A stretch of 64,000 nt of DNA. It comes from an uncultured cyanobacterium (GTDB lineage: Bacteria; Cyanobacteriota; Cyanobacteriia; Cyanobacteriales; Microcystaceae). Of the stretch, positions 23,011 through 34,479 are shown in pieces; position 1 is the first letter of the stretch, and each line of letters opens with the position of its first letter. The stretch is taken from NCBI GenBank assembly GCA_963807635.1, contig CAWEDJ010000040.1:40733-104732 (forward strand). The letters run 5' to 3'. The position numbers and the translations under genes were made by a program. The notes under the pieces were generated by a model. It was not told the DNA's origin. It saw only the letters and a program-made list of their open reading frames with translations, and made no database searches.

Positions 23011-24900
23011 ATGTCGTCTCAACCTGACTTAGTTAGAAAATTTTCATCTCAACATTCTCATTACCGCATACTAGGATTGATAGGTCAGGGGCAATTTGGG
23101 CGGGTTTATTGTGCCTTGCATCGTCAATCGGGTCGCATCTACGGACTTAAGGATTTAGAACATAAAGTTTTTCCGACTAACAAATTTTTACGGGAATTAG
23201 CCTATTTAGTCACCCTCCGCCATCCCAATATTGTTACCTGCTATGCGGTGGAATATCATCCCCTCGGTCGTTACCTAGTGATGGATTACTGTGAGGGCGG
23301 AACTTTACGGGATTTGATGGACAACGAAGGCGAAGTGAGTCTATCGCAAAAATTAACATTAATCACTGATATTTTAGCGGGATTAGAACACGCTCATAAA
23401 TCTCAAATTATTCATTGTGATATTAAGCCTGAAAATATTTTATTAAAAGTGACTGCAACAGGTTGGGAAGCAAAAATTTCTGATTTTGGGATCGCCCAAT
23501 TAACTGCTGTAACGGGTAATCCCAATTTCGGCAAAGGTTACACGGGATCTCCTGCTTATATGGCCCCAGAGCGTTTCTATGGGAAATTTTCTATTGCGTC
23601 CGATCTCTATGCGGTCGGCATTTTATTGTATGAATTAATGGTCGGCGATCGCCCTTTTTCAGGATTACCAGGCCAAATCCAGCGGCCCACTTCAATCAAA
23701 GATTAATCATTCCTGAGAATTTTCCTGCTCTGCTACGTCCCATTGTGAGCAAATCCTTGGAAAAATTACCCCAAAAACGGTTTGCGACGGCGGGCAAAAT
23801 GAAAGAAGCTCTAGATAAAGTCATCGAAGAAATCAGTGCAGATTCGGTGATCGAAAATTCCTCTACTGCTTTTTTTCGATTTACAGCATCTTCCCTGAAA
23901 CAACACTCTGTCACCGAAATTTTCTCCGATGCCCTCGCCTTTCCCGTTCATCAATTAGCCGTATTGGGGAAAAAAGTTTATCTCGGACTAGATCATCAGC
24001 TTCTTTGTCGTTTTTATGCTAATACTGACCTAAAAGGAAATTATCTTAATCAATGGGATGTTTATTTTCCTTTTCCGATCATTGCTCTCCATGTCCAAGA
24101 AAAAGGAAGTTTCGTCCTGACCAAACAAGCAGCTAATCCATCGAAATTCCGCGAATTTCAGTACGATCTCTATGGTTTTTTAAAGGATCAACCGAGCCAT
24201 TCCCTCGCCCCAAAACCCTTGGGTTCTTGGCAAGTCAGTAAATTAGCCTGTAGTTTTGCCCCCAATGGAAAATGGTTCGCCCTCGTCACTCCCAGACCCG
24301 AAAAAGAAAGCAGAGGCAGTTTCCAACTTTGCAAATTACCCCGACTCACACCCGTTGCAGTTCCCCACAATAGTCTTTTTCCGTCTCAGTTAATTGCGAT
24401 CGACAATGATCACGGCCTAGCGGTATTTTTAGCGAAAACAGCCTTTCGCCAAGCCACCGTTTTTCGGTTATTTAATCGGCGTGGGGATTTGATGTCAGCC
24501 TTTACCCTCCCCCTACTGTTGACGAGCATTATCCTCAATCACGAGACTCGCAATCATTTATTTGCCCTAGAACTGAGTAATCTCCGTATTGGGGTTTTAA
24601 TCCGCCTGCGCCCCCTCAAAGTTACCCGCATTGCCCTAAAAATTAAACCCGATTTTATGCTTTCCTATCCCTGGGGTTATCTTCTCGCCGATCGCCAGGG
24701 AAATTTCAACCTATTAGATACTGATGGCTTTTATGTTGGTGAATTTGCGTTACCCAGGAACCATTACCGCGATCGCCGTTGCGGGGGAATTTCGCTGTTT
24801 AATCGCCACTTGGTCGGAAAATCAAGGCATGATCAAACTGCTTGACCTCGGCTCTAACATTCGAGAAATCATTGATCAAATCTATGACGAAAAAGATTAA
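23011..24900 (+). CDS. Ser/Thr protein kinase with C-terminal beta-rich domain (frameshifts at ~23682 and ~24753)
   Basis: GQGQFG, HCDIKPEN, DFG, YMAPE; continuation in ORF 23745-24845. Confidence 0.82.
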
Positions 24901-24952
24901 CCATTGATTCACCCCGATAGGTTGTCATTTCGTTACAAAAAGATTAGAATTG

Positions 24953-24970
24953 TTTACATAACTTTACAAA
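24953..24970 (+). promoter_or_regulatory. HLR1 (RpaB-binding) direct repeat
   Basis: TTTACATA-AC-TTTACAAA matches (G/T)TTACA(T/A)(T/A)-N2-(G/T)TTACA(T/A)(T/A) exactly; extra half-site GTTACAAA at 24932. Confidence 0.75.
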
Positions 24971-24980
24971 AGGAACCGAT

Positions 24981-25130
24981 ATGATCATGATCATCTGTAC
25001 CGCGATCGCGCTAGTAACTTTTGCCTTGATTCAATACGGCTCGAAAAACCAGTCTCAGCCCGAATCCATCGCAATTCCTGTACGAGTTTCCGAAAATATT
25101 TATCCTTCATCGAGAACTATTCGACGCTAA
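24981..25130 (+). CDS. Putative 49-aa single-TM micro-protein
   Basis: AAGGA RBS; MIMIICTAIALVTFALIQYGSKNQSQPESIAIPVRVSENIYPSSRTIRR*. Confidence 0.65.
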   Translation: MIMIICTAIALVTFALIQYGSKNQSQPESIAIPVRVSENIYPSSRTIRR

Positions 25131-25133
25131 GAA

Positions 25134-25313
25134 ATGTCAAAAAACTTAATTTCCTTTTTAAAGGAAGAACTTAATTTATCGTCCGACCAAATTAAATTAG
25201 CCCTCAACAAAGTTCAGCAATCCCCCCATCAATTACCAATCGCCCTTTTGCAATACGGACTCATCAATCTTGGGCAATTAGATAAAATCTTTGATTGGCT
25301 AGAAACAGCTTAA
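25134..25313 (+). CDS. DUF2949 family protein (59 aa)
   Basis: LISFLKEELNLS...LPIALLQYGLINLGQLDKIFDWLE. Confidence 0.85.
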   Translation: MSKNLISFLKEELNLSSDQIKLALNKVQQSPHQLPIALLQYGLINLGQLDKIFDWLETA

Positions 25314-25388
25314 TTTTGTTGAGATTTATTTAAGCGAATATCAATCAAACTAACAGGAGATCGGAATTTAGATTTCCAAAAAATATCC

Positions 25389-25411
25389 GTAGGGGCGAAT
25401 TGCGTTCGCCC
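25389..25411 (+). repeat. GTAG-type REP-like hairpin (second family)
   Basis: GTAG-GGGCGAA-TTGCG-TTCGCCC between convergent genes. Confidence 0.7.
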
Positions 25412-25470
25412 TTAAACGACAGCTATATCAGTCAATCTTGCAAAAAAAATATAGCTAATCAATCTAGTTC

Positions 25471-25921
25471 TTAAAGTTCACCGCGAATTTCTTCGACAAT
25501 GCCATCTCGAATGACCACTTCCACATTTAATTTAGCAACCAAATTATCTCCCTTTTCCACGCGGAAAAAAACTTTCCATCTGGGCTTGGGGAACTTCTTG
25601 GTCTAGGTCTAAAAACTGGACTTGTTGCATTTGCTGAAGAAATTGATTTTTTTGCTCCAAAATCTCACTTTTTTGCTGATTGACTTGGATTTGAATATTA
25701 TCAATTTGCTGGGCCGCTTGGGGAGGAACAGGGGTCAGGCTCTGTCTTTGGATTTCCGCGATCGCCCGTTGACCCTGGGTATCCAACTGTTGAATCTGAG
25801 AATCGATTTGAGCAATTTGGGCTTGGAGTTGTTGCTGCATTTCTTCTTTCCAGCGACTCGTCACGATGACCTTAATGGTTACTGGACGTTTTAATAAAAG
25901 GCTGGTTTGTGCGTCATCCAT
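25471..25921 (-). CDS. YlqD family protein (frameshift near 25565)
   Basis: LLLKRPVTIKVIVT.RWKEE, Q-rich coiled coil; alternate frame gives GDNLVAKLNVEVVIRDGIVEEIRGEL*. Confidence 0.82.
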
Positions 25922-25985
25922 AAAAAGCAATTTCCGTCGTAAAAAATAGGTTAAAACTGAATTGTCGGGCGATTTTTTTGATATA

Positions 25986-26113
25986 ATACCAATTTAATTA
26001 ATTCGATTAAATTGCAGATATAACTATCCATGAGATCCCCCCGCCTTCGGCTTCCCCCCTTATCAAGGGGGGCTAGGGGGAATCAATTCAATATTCTCGT
26101 TTTAATTTGGTAT
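25986..26113. mobile_element. MITE-like element
   Basis: Ends ATACCAA...TTGGTAT; core CCCCCCTTATCAAGGGGGG is the reverse complement of the core at ~8816. Confidence 0.6.
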
Positions 26114-26125
26114 CAGACCGAACAA

Positions 26126-28045
26126 TCAAGATTTCTCAAACATTCCTTCAATAATACCGCGATAATGTTCTGTCACAACGGGACGTTTGATTTTGAGCGT
26201 CTGGGTCATCATGCCATTGGCTAGGGAAAACGGCTCTAAAATCAGCCTAAAATTTTTAATCTGATCATCGGGACGATAGCCAGGACGGTCTTTAATTTCT
26301 CGGTTTAATTCCTTACGAAAGAGATCCAACACCGCCTTGTGATAAAGTCCGCTCTGTTTCAACTCCTCAAAAGTGACGGAACTATCGGGAAACGTGAGAT
26401 TGAGCGATTGAGCCTGCACCCATTTTTCGAGAGCTTCCAGATTTGGCACAATCAAGGCTCCCAAGGCTTTTTGATCTTGCCCGACTAACATAATTTGGTC
26501 GATATAGGCACTCCGCACACAGGCATCTTCAATCGGTTGGGGTTCAATATTTTCCCCATTACTCAGCACAATCGTATCCTTGGCGCGACCCGTCAAAACC
26601 AAATCATTCTCCGCCGTCACCCAGCCCAAATCTCCACTATCAAACCATCCGTCAGCATCGATCGCCTTAGCAGTGGCTTCAGGTTTGTTGTAATAACCCA
26701 GTCATCACCTGGGGCCGCGAATGAGAACTAAGCCTCGCTGTTCTGGGGCTAGGGTTTGGCGAGTTTCGGGGTCAACAATGCGAATTTCGGTTTGGGGAAT
26801 GGGTTTTCCCGAAGAATAGCGTAAATTGTGAGAATGCGTGCGGGCATTGGTCACAGGTGAGGTTTCCGTGAGTCCGTAACCGACGAGGACAGGAATTCCT
26901 ACAATTTCATAGAAATCGTCTAAATGTTTCGCAAGGGAACCCCCACCACTGACGAAGGTTTTCACCTCTCCGCCTGTGACATCTCGGATTTTTTGGTAAA
27001 CGATTTTATCTCCCAAAAGATGGATCGGTGTGAATAACAGCGTTTTTAATTTGGCGATCGCCCTTTCCAGGCCAGAAACGTGGAGATGCTCTAGGCTCAA
27101 ATTTTCGGCAATGCGTTTAGAGAGAATATACTGGGTAGAAATATTAAAAAAGAAATTAATTAACTTTTGCTGACTGTCCGATTTTTCGCGGAAAGTTTTT
27201 TGCACTCCCTCATAAATCGATTCCCAAAGACGGGGAACTGCAACCATGTGGCGGGGTTTAAATTTCTTTAAATCATTTTTAAAGGTGCGAATACTCGTAT
27301 AAATTAGGGTACAACCTTGAGAAAGGAGAAAATACTCGGCACTACGCTCATAGGAATGCCAAGACGGAAGAATGCTCAACACGCGATCGCCTTTTTCGGG
27401 ATTAAGAATGGCTCGTAATTCCGCGACTTGGTGTAATAAATTGCCATGAGATAACATCGCGCCCTTGGGTTGTCCCGTTGTTCCAGAGGTGTAAATTAAC
27501 GTTGCTAAAGATTGGCGATCGTGGGGACTCGGTGTGGGTGTTTTTCCTTCGCCTAATGCTAATAATTGGGTAAAATTCAGTTGCTTAACCGTTAATTCAG
27601 GATCGGGATCTTCATCGCTCAGAAAGATAACAAAATCTAGGGGATATTCACCAAAATCTAGGGCTAATTTCTCTAATGTTTTTCGATCTTCCACAATCAG
27701 CCCACTACTGTCACTGTCTCTGAGGATGTAGCGCAATTCCTTGCGATCGGCTTGGGAGGATCTGACCACATTGGTTGCTCCTGCCATCATCGTTCCCTGA
27801 TCAGCAATAAACCAACGGGGGCTATTATCAGCAAAAAGGGCAATTTTAGCATCGAATTTTAAACCTAAAGCCTGTACCCCTGCGGCAAATTTCTGTAATT
27901 GTTGATAAAGTTCGCCATAGGTCAGACTAACAGGAGTTTTAGCGTAGGGATCTTGGAGGGCGGGGATCTCTTTAAACCGTTCGGCAGTCAATGACCAAAT
28001 TTCGCTTAAGGATTTAACCGAGGAATAATCGACTAGGGCAACCAT
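26126..28045 (-). CDS. aas: Long-chain acyl-ACP/CoA synthetase (frameshift at ~26712)
   Basis: IYTSGTTGQPKG, GYGLTETSP, LTGRAKDTIVLSNGENIEP across two ORFs. Confidence 0.88.
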
Positions 28046-28597
28046 AATTTTTGTGCGTTAATGTTTTAAAATACTAATCCATAGTTTAGTCATTTCGCTT
28101 CCTAGTATGACCATGAATGGGACACTTTGCCAAATGCAACCTGTTTTTGTTTGAAAATTCCAGACGCGATCGCCGTAAACCAAAATCCATCCCCACAAAT
28201 TTTTTCCTTTTTCATCAAAATCGATTGTATTGGGAAGCTTCACCATCTGCTTTTTGACATTTCTCAGCGATCGGCTAGAATGATGACTGACTGCTGTGTT
28301 GGTGACTGCCAATAAAGTTTTTTGATCTATGCTTGAAAAACTTTGGGAGCTATTAAATATTTCGTCGCAGTAAACCGAGCGAGTACTCGGAAACGAAGAC
28401 AGAAATGATCGGCACCCACCTGGATAACACCAGGTCATAAACTGAGGTAAAACGGCACGGCAGTTCTATTTTCCCCTCAAAATGTTTGAGCAAACGATAA
28501 GTCAGGGTTTCGAGACATATTAACGCTAGGTTAAGAAAAAGGAAAGAACTGAATAACCTAAGATTAAATTAAAGATTCAAGATTTTAGGTTTGACCC

Positions 28598-29873
28598 TTG
28601 GTAAACCTCCTAGAAAATTCTCCTCGTCACGATTTCCCTGCTCAAATTGTGACTCTTAGTTCGGGATTAACCCTAATTCATCAATATTTGCCTGAAACTC
28701 CCGTTGCTGTGGTAGATGTTTGGGTAAGGGCTGGCGCGATCGCGGAAACCGAAGGAATGGGGAGGCATGGCCCATTTCTTGGAACACATGATTTTTAAAG
28801 GCACGAAGGGAATTGCGCCTGGTGTTTTTGACCGCATGATTGAACATAAAGGGGGCATGGCCAATGCGGCAACCAGTCATGATTATGCCCATTTTTTCCT
28901 GACCACTGCTTCCCCCTATCTGCCTGATACCCTGCCCTATTTAGCAGAAATTTTACTCCAGGCAGAAATCCCCGACAGTGAATTTGATTGTGAACGGGAT
29001 GTGGTTTTAGAGGAAATTCGGGCAAGTAATGATAATCCTGACCATTTAGCGTTTCAAAATTTATGTACTAGCCTCTATCCCCATCATCCCTACGGAAGAC
29101 CCATTTTAGGGGAAGAATCCCAGTTAGCTCTCCATTGCCCTGCACAAATGCGTTGTTTTCACCGTACCCATTATCAACCTGAAAAGATGACGGTGGTAAT
29201 GGTGGGAGATGTGACGGAAAAAAGCGCGATCGCCTTAGTGGAAAAAAATTTTAGAGAATTTGCAACTCGTTCTCAATGTCCTGCCACAGGGATTGAAGCT
29301 GTCCCCCCCATGACAGGAATCCAACGAAAATGCCTAAAAATACCGAATTTGGGTCATGCTCGTTTATTGATGGGCTGGATCGCGCCAGGGATAGACCAAT
29401 TAGGAGATGGGTTAGGATTAGATTTGTTGTCTGCCGTCTTAACAGGGGGTCGAGCTTCCCGCTTAGTCCGAGAATTACGGGAAGATAAGCATTTCGTATT
29501 AGATATTCATAGTAGTTTTTCTCTCCAGCGTGATTCTAGTTTATTTATCATCAATGCCTACCTAGAACCCGAATATTTAGACCCAGTAGAGCAAATTATC
29601 TGCGATCGCTTGCAAGATCTACACAAGCAAGAGATTGCTGACGCTGAATTAGAGCGAGCCAAACGGCTACTGTGTCACGACTATATTTTTTCGACGGAAA
29701 CCCCTAGTCAATTAGCGGGACTATACGGGTATTATCAAACCCTTGCGTCTGCTGAATTAGCTGTCTCCTATCCCCGAAAGATTCAACAATTTCAAACGAG
29801 TGAGCTTAAAACATTGGCCCGCCAATATCTTTCCCCCGAACGGTATGCTGTCACCACAATGCAGGCGGTCTAA
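28598..29873 (+). CDS. M16 family zinc peptidase (frameshift near 28750)
   Basis: AHFLEHMIFKGT HxxEH motif; N-terminal LSSGLTLIH...DVWVRAGA in upstream frame. Confidence 0.88.
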
Positions 29874-29906
29874 CTTCTTTTTGGCATGGTACTGGAAATC
29901 TTATAA

Positions 29907-29926
29907 CAAGGGGCTTAAGCCCCTTG
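29907..29926. repeat. Perfect 20-bp palindrome (REP-like or terminator)
   Basis: CAAGGGGCTTAAGCCCCTTG just downstream of the M16 gene. Confidence 0.6.
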
Positions 29927-30307
29927 CCTGTATGCGTTTTCAATAATTAACAGATCTATCGCCATTGGTTTTTGTTGAGCTAAAAATGCGAACGAAACAG
30001 TGATTAAGTTTTTTCCAACTTTTGAGAATTGTTTCAGAAAAACGATAAATCAGTTTTTTGAGGTATGATCGCATGCTGACCTTTTTGTTTTTTTGTATCC
30101 ATGACAACTTTATTCTGCCAGAAATGTCTGAGTACAAAATCTTAAATTAAATAGGTTGTTTTGATTTTTGGGTTCGATTTTTGTTAGATAACTACCATAA
30201 ACCATTTAATCACTAAACTTTCTTGTTTTTTTAACGATTGGGTTATTTCTGGGCTTTTCTATTGATTTAACCTATTATTGCTGATCGATATTTTTAACAT
30301 AACTTCT

Positions 30308-33300
30308 ATGAATCATTCTTTAGAAAATAGGGCGATCGCCGATATTGATTCTGTTGCAAATTTTAAAAATTATGAACAGGAGGCTTGGTATTTATCCCGT
30401 TTCATCCAATCTCATGGCGTTCTCATGATTTTAGATGAGTCCCAATTGACCATTCTCCAGATTAGCGATAATACAACATTGCTTTTAGGAATCACTCCTA
30501 ATTTCCTCTTAAATCAACCGCTTAAAGAATTACTTCCCCTGGCTGAGGTGGAAAAACTCTGCGATCGCCTCCAGCAGACTAAGGGAAATTTCTGTTATCG
30601 TTTTCAGTTTATTCACCAATATCAAGGGATTTCTCAGTCATTTCATGGGTTAGTGCGCCGACAGCAGCAGACGTTGAGCCTAGAGATAGAGCCGATGAGA
30701 GAAGAATATCAGACCATTGATCACTATGAACGTCTCTCCACTTTTTTAGGGCAAATCAAACGTGCCAACAATCTCCAAAGCACCGCCCAACTAATTGTGG
30801 ATGAGGTGCAACAAATTGCTGATTATGATCGGGTTTTGTTGTATCGCTTTGAACCCGATGATAGCGGTATCGTCATTGCTGAAGCTCAAAAAAGTCCAAC
30901 ATCATCGTTTCTAGATCTACGCTTTCCTGCGATCGATGTTCCTCCCATTGGTCTTCAGGCTTTTTATCTTAATGGGATACGGTTGATCACGGATCTGAAT
31001 GCTCCCCAGGTAGAAATGATTCCCAATCTCAATCCCGTGACGGGGAAATTGCCTAATTTGAGGATTTCAACCCTATTAGGAGTGACCGATTGCCATATTG
31101 AGTATTATCACAACATGGGAGTGGTCGCTTCCTGTGTGATTAGCATCAAAGATGAAGACCGATTTTGGGGGCTGATTGTCGGTCAGCATTTTTCCCCGAA
31201 ATATCTTAGTCCCGCGATTCAGAATTATTTTCAGTCCTTGGGAGAGTTTGTTTCTCTCAAGTTAGTTAAAAAAGAACAACAAGAGTTTCAAGTCTATCGA
31301 AAAGAGATAGAAGTGATTCATGCCCGTATTAAAGCCGATTTAAGGAAAATTAACCATCGCAAGGATTATCAAAATCAAGATTTGCCCTTGCCCCGTTGTA
31401 CCTTGCCCATCGTTAAAGCCCATCTCCTAGAGGCAAATTTACAAAACGGCGATCACGAAATTGACTCGATTAATGCCATTTTGGAAGCTAATGGGGAGGG
31501 TTTGCTGGAACTGGTTCAATCGCCTGGAGCGGCCCTCTATTTTGGCAATCAACTTGTTCTTTTGGGGGAAACACCTGAGTTGTCAGAAGTGCAATCCCTG
31601 TTGACCTGGTTTGCTGACTATTCCCAGGAGGAAGTCTTTTCTACTTCTCATTTGGGCAAGCTCTATCCTGCGGCCAAGAATTTTCAGGAAGAAGCGAGTG
31701 GACTGTTGGCAATTTCCATTCGACTCCAACATACGGCTTATTATTTACTGTGGTTTCGTCCTGAAGTGATTAAAATTGTCAATTGGGCGGGAGATCCCAG
31801 TCCCCTGGAAACCGTTGATGCGATCGGTCAAATGCGCCCTTCCCCCCGTCGCTCCTTTGAACTGTGGAAAGAAAGTGTGCGGGGAACCTCTGTCCCCTGG
31901 CAGAAAGTAGAACTAGAAGCAGCCAAAAAATTGAGAGATTTATTAACTCTGACCGCCCTAGAATGTTCCCAGGCGGCCCTGGAAGCGGCGGCAGAACAAG
32001 CAGAAATTGCCAATCGCGCCAAGAGTCAATTTTTAGCGAAAATGAGCCACGAGCTACGGACTCCCCTCAACGCCATTCTCGGTTTTAGCCAAATGATGAA
32101 TCGGGATGAGTCTCTTTCAGGGGAACAACGGCAATATCTGAATATTATTAACCGCAGTGGGGAACATTTATTGTCCTTGATTAATGATGTTTTAGAAATG
32201 TCCAAAATTGAGGCAGGACGGATAACTTTTAATGAAAATCACTTTGATTTGTTACACATGATCGAAGCGATCGCCGAAATGTTGCAACTCAAGGCTTCTG
32301 CTAAAAATTTACAACTGATTTTGGAAAGTGATCCTCAGATTCCCAAGTACGTGATCACAGATGAAAGTAAACTGCGTCAAGTATTAATTAATCTGTTGGA
32401 GAATGCGATTAAATTTACCCAGGAGGGATGGGTCAAATTACGAATTTATCCTGGTGCGGAACCGACCCAGGTTTTTTTTGAAGTGTCCGATACGGGGGCG
32501 GGAGTGGCAGAGGAAGAATTTTCCCTCTTGTTTGAACCCTTTGTGCAGACGGAATCGGGTCGTCAATCCATGCAGGGAACAGGTTTAGGACTGCCCATTA
32601 GTAAGCAGTTTATTAATCTGTTGGGGGGAGAATTGAACATTCAAAGTGAGGTTGGGCAGGGGTCGATTTTTACCTTTGATGTACAGTTACGACTGGCCGA
32701 TGCGATCGCCAATCACCAGATCCTTCCGACCCAGCAGGTAATCGGCTTGGAACCTGACCAGGGGCCCTATCGTATTCTGGTGGTAGAAGATGTGGCAGAA
32801 AACCGTTGCCTGTTAACTCAATTACTCATTCCCATTGGTTTCAAGGTTCGTACCGTCAATAATGGTTACGAAGCCGTTGAAGCGTGGGAAAAGTGGCACC
32901 CTGATTTAATTTTGATGGATATGCTCATGCCCGTAATGGATGGTTATGAAGCAACTCGACGCATCAAATCTCAACCTGGAGGGCAGGAAACCGTGATTAT
33001 TGCCCTGACTGCCAATGCCTTCTCCGATGCCAAAATCGCTACCCTCGAAGCAGGTTGTGATGACTATCTGCCCAAACCCTACCGCGAGCAAAACTTATTT
33101 GAAAAAATATCCCAGCATTTGGGTGTTCGTTATTGTTACCGAGGAGAGAATAAAGCCCTTTATCACCAGAAAGGTGCGAAATTTTCCCTGACTCCAGAAT
33201 CTCTACAATTTATGTCCCAAAATTGGCTCACCGAAGTGCATCAAGCGGCCCGTGAGATGGATGAAGACCGCATTGGGCAATTAATTCAACAAATTCCCGT

Positions 33301-33391
33301 CGGCAACGAACAGTTAGTCGAAAGTTTGACCCATTTCGTTGATAATTTCCGCTTAGATCTCCTCCTCAATCTCACCAAGCCCCATGAATAA
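30308..33391 (+). CDS. Phytochrome-like hybrid sensor kinase (PAS-GAF-PHY-HisKA-HATPase-REC)
   Basis: IQSHG, YDRVLLYRF, FPAIDVP, CHIEYYHNMGV, WFRPE, PRRSF, SHELRTPL, DMLMPVMDG. Confidence 0.9.
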   Translation: MNHSLENRAIADIDSVANFKNYEQEAWYLSRFIQSHGVLMILDESQLTILQISDNTTLLLGITPNFLLNQPLKELLPLAEVEKLCDRLQQTKGNFCYRFQFIHQYQGISQSFHGLVRRQQQTLSLEIEPMREEYQTIDHYERLSTFLGQIKRANNLQSTAQLIVDEVQQIADYDRVLLYRFEPDDSGIVIAEAQKSPTSSFLDLRFPAIDVPPIGLQAFYLNGIRLITDLNAPQVEMIPNLNPVTGKLPNLRISTLLGVTDCHIEYYHNMGVVASCVISIKDEDRFWGLIVGQHFSPKYLSPAIQNYFQSLGEFVSLKLVKKEQQEFQVYRKEIEVIHARIKADLRKINHRKDYQNQDLPLPRCTLPIVKAHLLEANLQNGDHEIDSINAILEANGEGLLELVQSPGAALYFGNQLVLLGETPELSEVQSLLTWFADYSQEEVFSTSHLGKLYPAAKNFQEEASGLLAISIRLQHTAYYLLWFRPEVIKIVNWAGDPSPLETVDAIGQMRPSPRRSFELWKESVRGTSVPWQKVELEAAKKLRDLLTLTALECSQAALEAAAEQAEIANRAKSQFLAKMSHELRTPLNAILGFSQMMNRDESLSGEQRQYLNIINRSGEHLLSLINDVLEMSKIEAGRITFNENHFDLLHMIEAIAEMLQLKASAKNLQLILESDPQIPKYVITDESKLRQVLINLLENAIKFTQEGWVKLRIYPGAEPTQVFFEVSDTGAGVAEEEFSLLFEPFVQTESGRQSMQGTGLGLPISKQFINLLGGELNIQSEVGQGSIFTFDVQLRLADAIANHQILPTQQVIGLEPDQGPYRILVVEDVAENRCLLTQLLIPIGFKVRTVNNGYEAVEAWEKWHPDLILMDMLMPVMDGYEATRRIKSQPGGQETVIIALTANAFSDAKIATLEAGCDDYLPKPYREQNLFEKISQHLGVRYCYRGENKALYHQKGAKFSLTPESLQFMSQNWLTEVHQAAREMDEDRIGQLIQQIPVGNEQLVESLTHFVDNFRLDLLLNLTKPHE

Positions 33392-34388
33392 TGTCGCTCC
33401 TTCTCTTCCTCAAGAAACCATTCTATTAGTCGATGATTCTACTGATAATCTCCGATTGCTTTCTACCATGTTGCAAACCCAGGGTTATCGGGTAAAAAAA
33501 TCTATTAGTGGTGAATTTGCTCTCCAATCCCTGGAAGTAATCGAACCCGATTTAATTTTATTAGACATCAATATGCCAGGCATGGATGGTTATCAAGTTT
33601 GTAAAACCCTTAAAACCCAAAAAAAATATCAATCTATTCCTGTTATTTTTATCAGTGCGGCGGATCAGCTATTCAACAAAGTTAAAGCTTTTCAGGTTGG
33701 CGCAATCGATTATATTACCAAACCCTTTCAGTTAGAAGAAGTTTTAATTCGGGTAGAAAATCAATTAAATCAGAAAAGACTTTATCAAAAATTACAACAA
33801 CAAAATGCTCTTTTAAAAACAGAAATTGATGAACGATTGCGAATTGAAAAAGCCCTAACGGAAGCGAATCAAAAATTAGAATTATTAGCCTCTCTAGATG
33901 GGTTAACGGGAATAGCGAATCGTCGTCGCTTTGATGAATATATTGCCGCAGAATGGCAGAGGTGTCTGCGGGGAAGTTTTTTATTATCTTTGATTCTAAT
34001 TGATGTGGATTTTTTTCATTTTTATAACGAAGCCTACGGACATTTGATGGGTGATGATTGCCTGAAAAAAGTAGCTTCTATTCTACAAAATGCTAGTCAA
34101 CGGGCCACAGATTTGCCTGCTCGCTATGGCGGAGAGGAGTTTGTGATTGTGCTTCCCCACACATCCCAAATGGGCGCAAGAACGATCGCCGAAGAAATTC
34201 AACAAGCGATCGCGGCTCAAAGAATTTCCCATAAAAAATCGCCTGTCTCTAAATATCTGACCACCAGTATCGGCGTGGCTACGACTATTCCTGACCATGA
34301 CGAGGGGATGGCTGATTTTATTAATTTGGCCGACCAAGCCCTTTTTAAAGCGAAAAAATTAGGACGCGATCGCATTGAATTTGCCTAA
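33384..34388 (+). CDS. Response-regulator diguanylate cyclase (REC-GGDEF)
   Basis: LLVDD/DINMP REC; RATD I-site and RYGGEEF. Confidence 0.92.
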   Translation: MNNVAPSLPQETILLVDDSTDNLRLLSTMLQTQGYRVKKSISGEFALQSLEVIEPDLILLDINMPGMDGYQVCKTLKTQKKYQSIPVIFISAADQLFNKVKAFQVGAIDYITKPFQLEEVLIRVENQLNQKRLYQKLQQQNALLKTEIDERLRIEKALTEANQKLELLASLDGLTGIANRRRFDEYIAAEWQRCLRGSFLLSLILIDVDFFHFYNEAYGHLMGDDCLKKVASILQNASQRATDLPARYGGEEFVIVLPHTSQMGARTIAEEIQQAIAAQRISHKKSPVSKYLTTSIGVATTIPDHDEGMADFINLADQALFKAKKLGRDRIEFA

Positions 34389-34479
34389 TTTTGTTATGAA
34401 AGTTTATGAATCATTAACCCAGAAAGGCTGAGAGACCCGTTAAAATGGAGCCAAAGAAGCATTTTTGGGAATCATAATC

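Noticed and set aside
28058..28438. 126-aa minus-strand ORF and 62-aa plus-strand ORF between aas and the M16 peptidase
   Set aside because: No recognisable motif and atypical composition; neither a CDS nor an ncRNA can be supported from sequence alone.
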